Of a DNA stretch of 33,223 nt, positions 18,589 through 27,375 are shown piece by piece. The notes beneath the pieces are model-generated. The model saw nothing but the letters and a program-made list of their open reading frames with translations. It was not told where the DNA came from and did no database searches. The position numbers and the translations under genes are program-made. Source of the DNA: Alphaproteobacteria bacterium (GTDB taxonomy: Bacteria; Pseudomonadota; Alphaproteobacteria; GCA-2731375). The stretch lies in assembly GCA_965225945.1 (NCBI GenBank), contig CBDDBZ010000006.1:1-33223 (forward strand). The letters are read 5' to 3'. Numbering within the stretch: position 1 is the stretch's first letter; each line of letters starts with the position of its first letter.

Positions 18589-19156
18589 ACCCGAGGGACA
18601 AAGAGCACGATCCGACCATATGGAATCGTTTTATGGCGGCAAATAGGCCTCTGGGGCAGGCGCGCCGCGCCGCGCGATGCGGGCCATCGGGCAAGCGGCG
18701 CAACGCACCCCAGAGGCCGATTTGCCCCACCGAAGGCCGGTCCCGGTCAAACGTTCCCATATGGTCGGATCATGCTCTAAGTCTCGGCCGGGCGGCTTCA
18801 CCTTGATCGAGGTGCTGGTCGCTTTCGCCATCGCCGCCCTCTCGCTCGCCACGCTGATGCGGATCTTCGGCACCGGGCTCGAATCGGCGCGGATCTCGGA
18901 AGCACAGTCCCGGGCCACGATGGTGGCCGAATCCAGGCTCGCGGCGATCGGCGTCGAGCGACCGCTCGTCGTCGGCGAAAGCGCGGGCGAGACCGAGGAC
19001 GGCTATCGCTGGCGCGTCGTGGCGAGCCCGCTGGCGGATGACGCCGCCGCCCCGGTGATCCGCTATGAGGTCACGGTGGTTGTCGCCTGGGGTCCCGAGG
19101 GCGAGCGGGAGCGCGACGTCGCGTTGCACACTCTCCGCCTCGCGGCGCGGCCGTAG
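18578..19156 (+). CDS. gspI: Minor pseudopilin I, 5' end interrupted by a MITE (translatable only from ATG 18677 or 18761)
   Basis: GG|FTLIEVLVAFAIAALSL, A...AES.LA, G.RW, V.V.W. The natural ATG 18578 overlaps the gspH end and is in frame, but meets TAG 18644 inside the element. Confidence 0.8.
18602..18778. mobile_element. 177-bp palindromic MITE-like element (family B) in the gspI leader region
   Basis: 30-bp TIRs, AGAGCACGATCCGACCATATGGAATCGTTT versus rc AGAGCATGATCCGACCATATGGGAACGTTT (27/30). Internal inverted repeat GGCAAATAGGCCTCTGGGG...CCCCAGAGGCCGATTTGCC. Confidence 0.85.
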
Positions 19157-19192
19157 CATGAGGCGCGCGCGTCGCCGGGCTGGCCGCTCCGC

Positions 19193-19324
19193 TCTTTTGT
19201 CGATCGCCGCTCGCGCGGCGTGCCGGCCTCCCGCTCCCGGTCTTCTCCCCTGGCCAAACCACCCAGAAGCGGGAGGCCCGGCACGCCCCATGGGCCATGC
19301 GACGCGAACGCGTCGCGACAAAGA
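19193..19324. repeat. Nested palindromic insertion in the gspJ leader region
   Basis: Outer IR TCTTTTGTCG/CGACAAAGA; inner IR GGCGTGCCGGCCTCCCGCT (19217-19235) / AGCGGGAGGCCCGGCACGCC (19268-19287); small hairpin GCGACGCG-AA-CGCGTCGC. Confidence 0.6.
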
Positions 19325-19963
19325 ATCCGCCGGTCGGGCGCCGGCTTCACCCTCGTCGAACTGCTGGTGGCGCTCACGCTGCTCGGCCTCCTCTCGGGCC
19401 TGGTGTTCGGTGGCTTCCGCTTCGGCGTCCGAGCCTGGGAACGGGTCGACGCCCATGTCGACCACGCCAGCGAGATTCAATGGGCGCAGGCCTTTCTCCG
19501 CCGCCGCTTGAGCGAGGCGGCACCCGTCCGCCCGGCGACGAAGCAGCGTAACCGGCCGGTGCTGTTTGAGGGGACGTCGACCACACTCGCCTTCGTCACC
19601 GTCCTGGCGGTCCACGGCGAGGTCGGCGGCCATTCCGTCCTGAAGCTCGACCTGCGGCGGCGAGACGGCGCGGGCGCGTTGATCCTGGGCTGGGCCCCGC
19701 ATCGTTTCGACGCCGAGGACTTGGGCGTCCAAGAGCTCGACGAACGGGTGTTGATCGACGGCGTCGAACGGGTCGAGTTCGCCTATTTCGGCCGCGCCGA
19801 CCCGGAGCAGGCGAGGCCCGACTGGCGTGACGAATGGCGGGATGCGGAGCGCCTGCCGAGACTGGTCCGGATCCGGCTCGAGTTCACAAAAGCGAGCCGC
19901 CGCCACTGGCCGGAACTCGTGGTGGCGCCGATGGTGATCGAGCGCGCTCGCCGCCGTCGATGA
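19220..19963 (+). CDS. gspJ: Minor pseudopilin J (start uncertain)
   Basis: AG|FTLVELLVALTLLGLL, F.G....L.F, F.YFG, W.DEW....RLP.LVRI, WPELVV. The ATG at 19158 next to the gspI stop is out of frame. Confidence 0.85.
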   Translation: MPASRSRSSPLAKPPRSGRPGTPHGPCDANASRQRIRRSGAGFTLVELLVALTLLGLLSGLVFGGFRFGVRAWERVDAHVDHASEIQWAQAFLRRRLSEAAPVRPATKQRNRPVLFEGTSTTLAFVTVLAVHGEVGGHSVLKLDLRRRDGAGALILGWAPHRFDAEDLGVQELDERVLIDGVERVEFAYFGRADPEQARPDWRDEWRDAERLPRLVRIRLEFTKASRRHWPELVVAPMVIERARRRR

Positions 19964-20018
19964 CGGCCCGCGCCCGAACATCGTTGAGCGACCCGCCGCG
20001 TTTTGCTACGACCGGGGA

Positions 20019-21116
20019 ATGAATACCGCGACGACGACCGGCCGGCCGGGTCCATCCGCCTTCCTCGCCTGGTGGTTCGAGGAGTTGGCCGGACTGTTGC
20101 CGGAGGGAGTGAGGCGCGCCTTTCGGCGGCCGACGCGGATCGTCGTGCTCGATCTCGCGGGACCCGAGGTGGTGATGGCGCGCTACATCGGCGCGCGCGC
20201 GCGCGTCATCGGCCGAATCGATCCCCGCCAGGCCGGCGCCACCGCGATGCGGCGCTTCGGCGCTCGCCTGGCCCGCGCGTGCCGGCGCGCCGACGCGGTC
20301 ATGCTTCGTCTCCCCGATGAAAAGGCCCTCAGGCGCCGGATCGAGATGCCGCTCGTGCCCGATGCCGACCTCCGGCGCGCGCTCTTTTTCGAGATCGATC
20401 GCCAGACCCCCTTCCAACGCGACCACGTCTTTTTCGACCACGCCGTGGTCGGCCGAAAGGAGGAAGAGAAGCGCCTCGTCGTCGACCTTTGGATCGTGCC
20501 GCGTCAGGTGATCGAACAGGCGTTGAGCCCGTTCTCCGACGGCGCCACTCGACCCGCCTTCGCCGAGATCATCGGTGAGGCCGGTGACGTCGTGGCCCGC
20601 CTCGACCTGCGCGATCCCGCCGACCGACGCCGCGCCGGGCGCTTGTGGCGGCTGCTCAATCGAGGTCTGGTGCTCCTCGCCCTGGGTTTGATGGGCGTCG
20701 CGCTCCACCTTCCCCTCGACGCCCGCCGGCAATTGGACGAGAGCTTGGCGGTAGACGTCGCGAAGTCCCGGGCGCGGGCCGAGGCGACCATGGCGACGCG
20801 CCGCGAGCTCGATCGCTTGAGCGAGATCGACCGTCGGCTGCGGCTGCGCAAGCTCCAGGCGCCGCGCGTGGTCGTCCTCGACGAGTTGACGCGGCGCCTC
20901 CCGGACGAGACTTGGCTCGCCTCGCTGCAGATCGACGGTCATGACGTCCGCCTTACCGGCTACGCGCCCGTCGCCGCCTCTCTAATCGGCCTGCTGGACG
21001 CCTCGGAATATTTCGGCACGCCGAGTTTCCAGTCTCCGGTGACGCAGGATGCCCGTAGCGGCAAGGAACGCTTCACGCTCGCCTTCGAGCTCGAGTCGCG
21101 CGAGGTGGCGCCATGA
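20019..21116 (+). CDS. gspL: Type II secretion protein L (XpsL/PilN-domain type)
   Basis: FLAWWFEELAGLLP, FEIDRQTPF, single TM, LDELTRRLPDETWL..L, V.LTGY...A..LI..L..S.YF, ERF.L. Confidence 0.88.
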   Translation: MNTATTTGRPGPSAFLAWWFEELAGLLPEGVRRAFRRPTRIVVLDLAGPEVVMARYIGARARVIGRIDPRQAGATAMRRFGARLARACRRADAVMLRLPDEKALRRRIEMPLVPDADLRRALFFEIDRQTPFQRDHVFFDHAVVGRKEEEKRLVVDLWIVPRQVIEQALSPFSDGATRPAFAEIIGEAGDVVARLDLRDPADRRRAGRLWRLLNRGLVLLALGLMGVALHLPLDARRQLDESLAVDVAKSRARAEATMATRRELDRLSEIDRRLRLRKLQAPRVVVLDELTRRLPDETWLASLQIDGHDVRLTGYAPVAASLIGLLDASEYFGTPSFQSPVTQDARSGKERFTLAFELESREVAP

Positions 21117-21715
21117 ACTCGATGCATCCGCTGATCCGCAAGGCGCTGGCGCTGACCCTGCTGTTGGGCCTGGTGGCGGCGCTATGGTACGGCGGAGCGC
21201 AACCGATTTACGCGCACTATGTGGCGCAGGAGGAATCGATCGACCGCTCCCAGCGCCTGCTCGCGCGCTACCAGGCGACCAACGCCGCCGCGCAGACGCT
21301 GGACGACGCGCTCGCCCGCGTTCGGGCCGAGCGACGGGCCGCCGGATACTTCCTCGAGGGCGCAAGCGTCGAGCTCGCCGGCGCCGAAATCCAAGAGCGG
21401 ATCAAGACCGTCGTCGAGGGCGGCGGCGGCCGGCTCAGAAGCACGCAGATGCTGACCGCCACCGAGGAGGAGGATACCCGCCGCCTGGGCCTCCGCGTGC
21501 ACATGGCCGGCGACATCGAGGTCTTGCAGCAGGTGCTCCACGACCTCGAGGGGATGACGCCCTATCTCTTCATCCACAAGCTCAACGTCCAGGCCTCGCG
21601 CGCCGCCGTCCGCCCGTCGCGCCGCAAACGCCGTCGGCGCGGCCGGCGGAGCGACCCCAACGAGTTGCAGATACGCTTCGATCTCCATGTCTACATGAGC
21701 GCGGAGAGCTCCTGA
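21113..21715 (+). CDS. gspM: Type II secretion protein M (XpsM type)
   Basis: N-terminal TM, A.A.IQERIK.VV...GG, LHDLEG.TPYLFI..LNV, L.IRFDL..Y. ATGA overlap with gspL. Confidence 0.85.
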   Translation: MNSMHPLIRKALALTLLLGLVAALWYGGAQPIYAHYVAQEESIDRSQRLLARYQATNAAAQTLDDALARVRAERRAAGYFLEGASVELAGAEIQERIKTVVEGGGGRLRSTQMLTATEEEDTRRLGLRVHMAGDIEVLQQVLHDLEGMTPYLFIHKLNVQASRAAVRPSRRKRRRRGRRSDPNELQIRFDLHVYMSAESS

Positions 21716-21717
21716 GC

Positions 21718-22329
21718 ATGCTCCCGCGCCCCCGCTCTCGCCCGTCTCTGCTGCTGCTGCTGCTCTGCGCGGGGCTCGGCTGGTTGATCAGCGAGGAGCT
21801 CGGGAGCGAGCGGTGGCGCGCGCGTCCCGAAATTCCCCCGGCCACCGGCGCGCCGAAGGTCGCGTTGCCGGCGCCGTTGCCGACGTTCGTTCTGCCGGCG
21901 GTGGCGCGGCTGACCGAGAGCATAGACCGACCTCTGTTCCTGCCGGCGCGGCGTCCGGTGGAAGCGGAAAAACCGCCGCCGCCCGCCGAGACGCCGAAGG
22001 CGGATACGCCGCTCGAGGTGGTCGTTTCCGGCGTGATCATGGCGGAGAACCGACAGTTCGCCCTGGTCCGCCGACAGGCCGGGGGCGAAACGCTCCGCCT
22101 CGCCGCGGGCGATACCATCGACGGTTGGACGGTGACGTCGGTGCTGCCCGATCGGGTCCTGTTTTTAAGGGACGAGACGACCAAGGAAATCGAACTCAAG
22201 GATCTTACGCCGAGCAAGCCCAAGCCCAAGCCCAGGCGGGGGCGGAGCCGTCGGCGGACGACTCCCTCGCAGCCGGCGCCCGCCACCGGCGCCAATCCTC
22301 GAGAGGGAAGCGGCACGCGGCAACAATAG
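21718..22329 (+). CDS. Type II secretion protein C/XpsN-like
   Basis: N-terminal hydrophobic anchor, Pro-rich linker, RPLFLPARRP, V.SGVIM....FALV, G.TIDGWTV..V.PDRV. Lies between gspM and gspD as XpsN does. Confidence 0.75.
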   Translation: MLPRPRSRPSLLLLLLCAGLGWLISEELGSERWRARPEIPPATGAPKVALPAPLPTFVLPAVARLTESIDRPLFLPARRPVEAEKPPPPAETPKADTPLEVVVSGVIMAENRQFALVRRQAGGETLRLAAGDTIDGWTVTSVLPDRVLFLRDETTKEIELKDLTPSKPKPKPRRGRSRRRTTPSQPAPATGANPREGSGTRQQ

Positions 22330-23546
22330 CGTCGCGACGGCGAGCCCATCCCAACTTTGGCGTTGGCGCGGCCTTTTCGCACGTTTGCACCGATGCTAAC
22401 CAGGGTATCGCGAGCTTGGCTCACGGAGATTTTTAGGTAAATTAGGATCTAACGTGGGTTTCATCAGATGGCGCATCAGAATTCGGACGATGATTTCACA
22501 ACCACAAATTAGGCACGCGGTTCGAATCGCGGCGGCGATCGTGGCCTGCGCGTACCTCACCAGTTGCACCGAGATCTTCGACGAATTTTCGACCTGGCCC
22601 GAATTACCGCCACCGACTCCGGTATCGAGCGAGGAAGAGGCCACCGCTCCCGGCAAGGGCCCCCGCGATAGCGCCGCCGTCGCCGCGGTCCCGCTCGAGC
22701 AGCCCGCCTCGGCGGAGATTCACCAGGGCACGGGCAAGTTCGTCAAGCCGCCGAGACCACGCGCCGTCACCTCGGACGACGGCGACATCACCTTGAATTT
22801 CGCCGATGCCAACATCCGCGAGGTCGTGCGCGTCGTTCTCGGCGACATCCTGGGCCTGAACTACGTCATCGATCCGGCGGTTCAGGGCACGATCACGATC
22901 CAGACCAGCCGGCCGCTGAGCGAGGAGGATCTGCTGCCGACGCTGGAAAGCTTGCTCGCGCTCACCGGCGCGGCGCTGGTGAGCGAGGGACCGGACTTCA
23001 AGGTGGTGCCGCTCGCCAACGCGCCCCGCGAAACGCGCGATTTCGGCCTTGGTACGCAGCGATTGCCGCGAGGGCGTGGCTACGGCGTGCAAGTGGTGCC
23101 ACTGGAGTATGTTTCGGCGGTCGAAATGCAAAAGGTGCTGGCGCCGGTGGCCTCCGACAGCAACATCCTGAGCGTGGATTCGCGCCGCAACCTCCTCATC
23201 CTCGGCGGCTCGCACGCGGAACTCGATAACCTGCTCGAGCTGATCTACATGTTCGACGTCGATTGGCTGGAAGGCATGTCGTTCGGTTATTTCCCGCTCG
23301 CCCACGCCGAGGTCAAGACCCTGGTCGACGAGTTGCGCCAGATCGTGGTCCAGGGCGAGGACAAGGCCGCGGCCGGACTCCTGCGTTTCGTGCCGATCGA
23401 GCGGCTGAACGCGCTGATCGCGATTTCGCCGCGGCCGGGGCAAATCGAGCGGGTCCGGACCTGGATCGAGCGGCTCGATCGCAGCGGCGATCAGGACACC
23501 AGCCGTCTCTTCGTCTATCGGAATTTTCTAGTTTAAGGTCGGCCTT

Positions 23547-23765
23547 TCATCGATTCTCGTAGGCGTCCTTTATGCGGCGGGCCTTATCTTTGACCGCATC
23601 TTCGACACCTTCCCGCATGTCCCCTAACCATTCCTTGGTATCCCCTACGGGATTGCCAACAAGGAAAGCTATGAGATCCACTCCGATCCAGAATTCAACG
23701 ATCAGCAACGCGACGACAAGCAGAACAATTATCCAGAAAAGGCACCCCAAGAAATTATCAGCCAC
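23547..23765 (-). CDS. Small hypothetical membrane protein (72 aa), IS passenger
   Basis: GTG start with GGAG RBS; MADNFLGCLFWIIVLLVVALLIVEFWIGVDLIAFLVG followed by a charged helical tail. Overlaps the stop of the upstream ORF and ends just inside the TIR. Confidence 0.6.
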   Translation of the reverse strand: MADNFLGCLFWIIVLLVVALLIVEFWIGVDLIAFLVGNPVGDTKEWLGDMREGVEDAVKDKARRIKDAYENR

Positions 23766-23937
23766 GTCGGCGTCTCCGTAAATCGATCCAGCAGCACCAG
23801 ACGAAGCTGCCGACAATCATGGCTCCTATCACACGCCCTGGATCGTCCATTCCAAGAACCAGAGCACCGCCAACTCCCATGAAGCTGCCGACGACAGCAT
23901 GGCAACCCCATACAAAGAGCTTCTTAACGGTGCTCAT
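23758..23937 (-). CDS. Small hypothetical two-TM protein (59 aa), IS passenger; absent from the ORF track
   Basis: Manual translation: MSTVKKLFVWGCHAVVGSFMGVGGALVLGMDDPGRVIGAMIVGSFVWCCWIDLRRRRRG*. AGGAAAG RBS. Confidence 0.6.
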   Translation of the reverse strand: MSTVKKLFVWGCHAVVGSFMGVGGALVLGMDDPGRVIGAMIVGSFVWCCWIDLRRRRRG

Positions 23938-24662
23938 GGCCGCTTTCCTGTCCGACAGAGTCGCTCACTCATCGTCTCCCAGCGCTAGGGGAATCTGTTC
24001 ACGCATCTTCGGGTACGCGCGTTGCAGGCTACGGTAGAAGGAAGTCCAGTTCGGCGCCGCGCGCATCAGCGCCATGACGCCTGCCAAGTGCTCCTTGAGC
24101 CTTAGGTCGCCAAAGTCGGGAGTGAACCATTGATGGTGCCGACTCTTTCGGTATCCGGCTGGCAGCTTCGGGTTTTTGCGTCGCAGTTCAGCAAGCACGC
24201 CAGGGGCGAGCCGAGCATAAACGAAGTCGTTGGTGTAGTGGCCGATAACGGATGGACGCTTCACGCCGTCCGGTCCAGGCCATCCCTTGAGCCTGAATAT
24301 CTGATCGTAGAACTCGTAGGGGAATGTCCTGGTCCAGGGTTGGAGTTCCTTTGCGATGAAGTTTTCAAGGATCGTCGCGAGTGCGCGGAGTGCTCGGATT
24401 TTCTGATACCCGGTCGCTTCATCGACCAAGCCGATGATTCCGACCCGCCGTAGGCCACGATTGAGGGCATGTGCCCTCTGAACGATATTGGCGTTCCGTA
24501 CTGGCAGCGCCCCTGCTTGTTGGGCATCGATGATAACGTCGATAATCCCTTCCAATATCTCTGCGGGATATCCGTAGGCGGTTCTTCCCCCTCTAGGTGG
24601 TTGGAACTCGATAGGCGATGTGAGGCGCGCCGTTAAGTTCTTGGTATCTATACCCCTTTTCT

Positions 24663-26113
24663 GGGGATGTCCCGGGCTCTGTTGAAAAGCTGAAGTAGGC
24701 GTCGTCCGCCTGGAGCCGCTAGGCTCTGGGTGCTGATTCCATCAAGGAGAACGACGCCATGACCAAGACTACACGCAACGACCGTTCCTCGGAACCATCC
24801 TGTCGGCTCTTGCCATCGATGCCGGAGGCCTTCGACGATCTGCGCATGAGCGTCGATCGCTTCTGCCTTTTGGCGGGCCTCGAGTCTTTGAACGAGATGA
24901 TGTCGGCGGACGCGGAAGCCTTGTGCGGTTCGCGCCACGCCCGCTCGGGCGAGCGCAAGGGCCATCGATGGGGCACGACCCGGAGCGAGATCGCCTACCA
25001 CGGCGGCAAAGTGAAGGTCGAGCGCCCTCGGGTGCGGGACTTCGCGGGTCGGGAGATGAGCCTGCCGAGTTGGGAGCTGCTGTCGGAACCCGAACTCTTG
25101 CAAGCCTGGGCGATGAATCTGATGGTGATCAACGTCTCGACCCGCAAGTATGCCCGCGCGGTGCGCCTGCCGGACGATGCGGGCGGCGATCTGCCGGCGG
25201 CATCGGGTGACGCAACCTCGAAGTCGGCGGTCTCGCGCCGTTTCGTGGCGTTGACGCGAAGCAAGCTGAAGGCCTGGCTGGCGAGCCCGCTCGACGATCT
25301 CGATCTCGTGGTGCTCCAGATCGACGGGCTCCATGTCGGCGATCACCTGATGGTGGCGGCGATCGGCATCGACACCGGCGGCGCGAAGCACGTGCTGGGC
25401 CTGGCCGAGGGCGCGACGGAGAACGCGGCCACGGTGCAAGCCATGCTCGACAACCTGATCGAGCGCGGTCTCGATCCCGAACGGCCTCGGCTCTACATCG
25501 TCGACGGCGCCAAGGCGCTCTCGAAGGCGATCCGGCGGACCTTCGGGCGGGCGGCGGCCCTCCAGCGCTGCCAGGTGCACAAGGGGCGCAACATCACGGA
25601 CCGGCTGGACGAGAGCCTCCATGCCGGCGTCAGGAAGGTCTTGCGGCAGGCCTGGCAGCAGGACGACGCGGCCAAGGCCGAACGGCTCTTGCGCAACCTC
25701 GCCCGCCGTCTGGAGCATGACGCACCCGGCGTCTCGGGCTCGATCCTGGAGGGCCTGGACGAGATCCTGACCGTGATCCGGCTCGGCCTCCCGCCGCAAC
25801 TTCGACGCTCGCTGGCTTGCACCAACGCCATCGAGAACGCGATCGGCACCGTCCGGACGGTGCAGCGGAACGTCAAGCGCTGGCGCAACGCCGAGATGGC
25901 GCTGCGTTGGACCGCCGCCGGCCTCTTGGAGGCGCAAAAGACCTTCCGCCGCCTCAAGGCCTACCGCCAGCTCCCCGTCCTTGACGCCGCCCTGCGGGAG
26001 GCGGTGAGAAAGGCCGGAGCAAAGTCCGTCATTGAAGACATCGAGGTGGCCGCGTAGCCTCTCGATCAGACGATGCCTATCTCGCACTTTTCAACATTGG
26101 GCGGGACATCGCC
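24663..26113 (+). mobile_element. IS256-family insertion sequence nested in the IS1595 element
   Basis: Imperfect TIRs GGGGATGTCCCGGGCTCTGTTGAAAAG and rc GGCGATGTCCCGCCCAATGTTGAAAAG flank a single transposase. No target duplication is visible. Confidence 0.9.
24759..26057 (+). CDS. IS256-family (Mutator-type) DDE transposase
   Basis: RPRVR, VSTRKY, SKSAVSR, LQIDG, G.K.VLGL.EGATEN, IVDGAKAL.KAI, QRCQVHK.RN, CTNAIEN. AAGGAG RBS. Confidence 0.93.
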   Translation: MTKTTRNDRSSEPSCRLLPSMPEAFDDLRMSVDRFCLLAGLESLNEMMSADAEALCGSRHARSGERKGHRWGTTRSEIAYHGGKVKVERPRVRDFAGREMSLPSWELLSEPELLQAWAMNLMVINVSTRKYARAVRLPDDAGGDLPAASGDATSKSAVSRRFVALTRSKLKAWLASPLDDLDLVVLQIDGLHVGDHLMVAAIGIDTGGAKHVLGLAEGATENAATVQAMLDNLIERGLDPERPRLYIVDGAKALSKAIRRTFGRAAALQRCQVHKGRNITDRLDESLHAGVRKVLRQAWQQDDAAKAERLLRNLARRLEHDAPGVSGSILEGLDEILTVIRLGLPPQLRRSLACTNAIENAIGTVRTVQRNVKRWRNAEMALRWTAAGLLEAQKTFRRLKAYRQLPVLDAALREAVRKAGAKSVIEDIEVAA

Positions 26114-26200
26114 CTCCTTCCAGCACATAGCAGTCAATCTCGATATCGCCGATGACCAAGGGCTTATCGGATGCGCCTGCGATGACCTTGAGTGGTTCAC

Positions 26201-27100
26201 TCATTTGGCAACTCCCAATCCACGGTTGATAGTTAGTGCGAAGGCGTCGAAGGGATCGGCCTTGCGGAGGTTGTAGCGGTAGCAGAACTCATCGACATAC
26301 CGTTGCAGGTGGCGGCGGCTGACGCTGTGGAACTGGCCGAACATGCCGCGCTTCAACAGAGCCCAAAACCCCTCGATGGTGTTTGTGTGAATGTCGCCGT
26401 CCACGTACCAGTCAGCGTGCTTGATGACGGCGTGCGGCAGCACCTTCGCCATGCCGAGGTATGCTTTGTACTCGTCCGTTATCAGGCTCGCCTTTGATGT
26501 GTCGATGCGATCCCGCACAAAGGCACGCATGTGCCTGCCCTTCATCTTGTCCTTAGCAACGGCCTTTGCCGTGACATTGCCGCCACGTTCGACCGCGCCA
26601 ATCACTGGAGCCTTCTTGGTGCCGCGTCCAGGCTTGTGCTTGCCGCCATCGCCATCGCCATCGCCATCGCCCTTAGTGCCCTTGCGCGGCTTTCCGCCGA
26701 CATAGGTTTCGTCCATCTCGATGATGCCGGTAAGCAGGCTTCGCTGTTCGGCTTGGGTCATAGCCTTACGAATCTGCATCGTGATCCTCCAAGCCGTGTT
26801 CTTATTGACGGAGAGATCACGGGATAGTTGAAGCGCTGACAGGCCCTTCTTGGCGTTCAGCATCAACATGACCGCTAGGAACCACTTTTGCAGCGGCATA
26901 TGCGTGTGGTGAAAGATCGTGCCTACCGTAACGCTAAACGAGGTCTTGCAGTCGTAGCAGCGATGACGGTGCTGGTTGCGTGCGGTATTGAGCGACCCGC
27001 AGTATGGGCAACTCGGCTTGTCGCCCCAGCGAGCCGCCTCAAGATGAGCGATGCAATCTTGTTGTGTGGGGAACCGCTCGAAAACCTGTATGATGTTCAT
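26201..27100 (-). CDS. IS1595-family transposase
   Basis: Zn ribbon CPYCG...RCYDC, FSVTVGTIF, KKGLSALQL, EMDETYVGG, LITDEYKAY, HTNTIEGFWALLKRG..G.FH.VS..HLQRYVDEF..RYN. Confidence 0.95.
   Translation of the reverse strand: MNIIQVFERFPTQQDCIAHLEAARWGDKPSCPYCGSLNTARNQHRHRCYDCKTSFSVTVGTIFHHTHMPLQKWFLAVMLMLNAKKGLSALQLSRDLSVNKNTAWRITMQIRKAMTQAEQRSLLTGIIEMDETYVGGKPRKGTKGDGDGDGDGGKHKPGRGTKKAPVIGAVERGGNVTAKAVAKDKMKGRHMRAFVRDRIDTSKASLITDEYKAYLGMAKVLPHAVIKHADWYVDGDIHTNTIEGFWALLKRGMFGQFHSVSRRHLQRYVDEFCYRYNLRKADPFDAFALTINRGLGVAK
26645..26671 (+). repeat. (GCCATC)4 hexamer repeat inside the transposase (Gly-Asp run)
   Basis: gccatc x4 plus gcc; encodes GDGDGDGDG on the minus strand. Confidence 0.85.
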
Positions 27101-27145
27101 GGCATTCCGCTTCCGTTCGAGCCGTATCAATCTCTAGACAAGATC

Positions 27146-27174
27146 AATATGGCCCAGACAGGGCGGAATGTCAA
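27146..27174 (-). promoter_or_regulatory. Sigma70-type promoter for the transposase and passenger operon
   Basis: Minus strand TTGACA (27174-27169), 17-nt spacer, CATATT (27151-27146). Abuts the TIR and lies about 45 nt upstream of the ATG. Confidence 0.75.
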
Positions 27175-27375
27175 GACCTTAAACTAGGAAATTCCGTCGT
27201 CTATTACGTACAGAACAAGCGCGCGGTCGACCTGGCCGATACGCTGACCAAGATCTTCGTCGATTCCGGTGCCGCGCGGAGCAAACCCGAGACCAGCCTC
27301 CGCCCCGGCCAACGCCCGGTGGAGCTGACTTCCGCCGGGGCCCGGCGCGAGCCACGTCCGGCGCCCGAGAGACGA

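Larger units (their letters stand above)
23965..26204 (-). pseudogene. P63C-domain protein interrupted by IS256 (5' part 26114-26204, 3' part 23965-24662)
   Basis: 5' part MSEPLKVIAGASDKPLVIGDIEIDCYVLEG, whose ATG overlaps the transposase TGA. 3' part has SPIEFQPP.GGRTAYGYPA, VGIIGLVDEATGYQ, W.RTFP.EFY.QIFRL.GW, RPSVIGHYTND.VY.RLAPGVL.EL, HHQWFT. Confidence 0.85.
23519..27196 (-). mobile_element. IS1595-family element with passenger genes (ISNha5-like CGGnnTT ends)
   Basis: 22-bp TIRs CGGAATTTTCTAGTTTAAGGTC (23519-23540) and GACCTTAAACTAGGAAATTCCG (27175-27196), one mismatch. 8-bp TSD TCGTCTAT at 23511-23518 and 27197-27204. Visibly lower GC than the flanks. Confidence 0.95.

Noticed and set aside
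24648-26087. 479-aa ORF antisense to the IS256 transposase
   Set aside because: Shadow frame with no recognisable domain.
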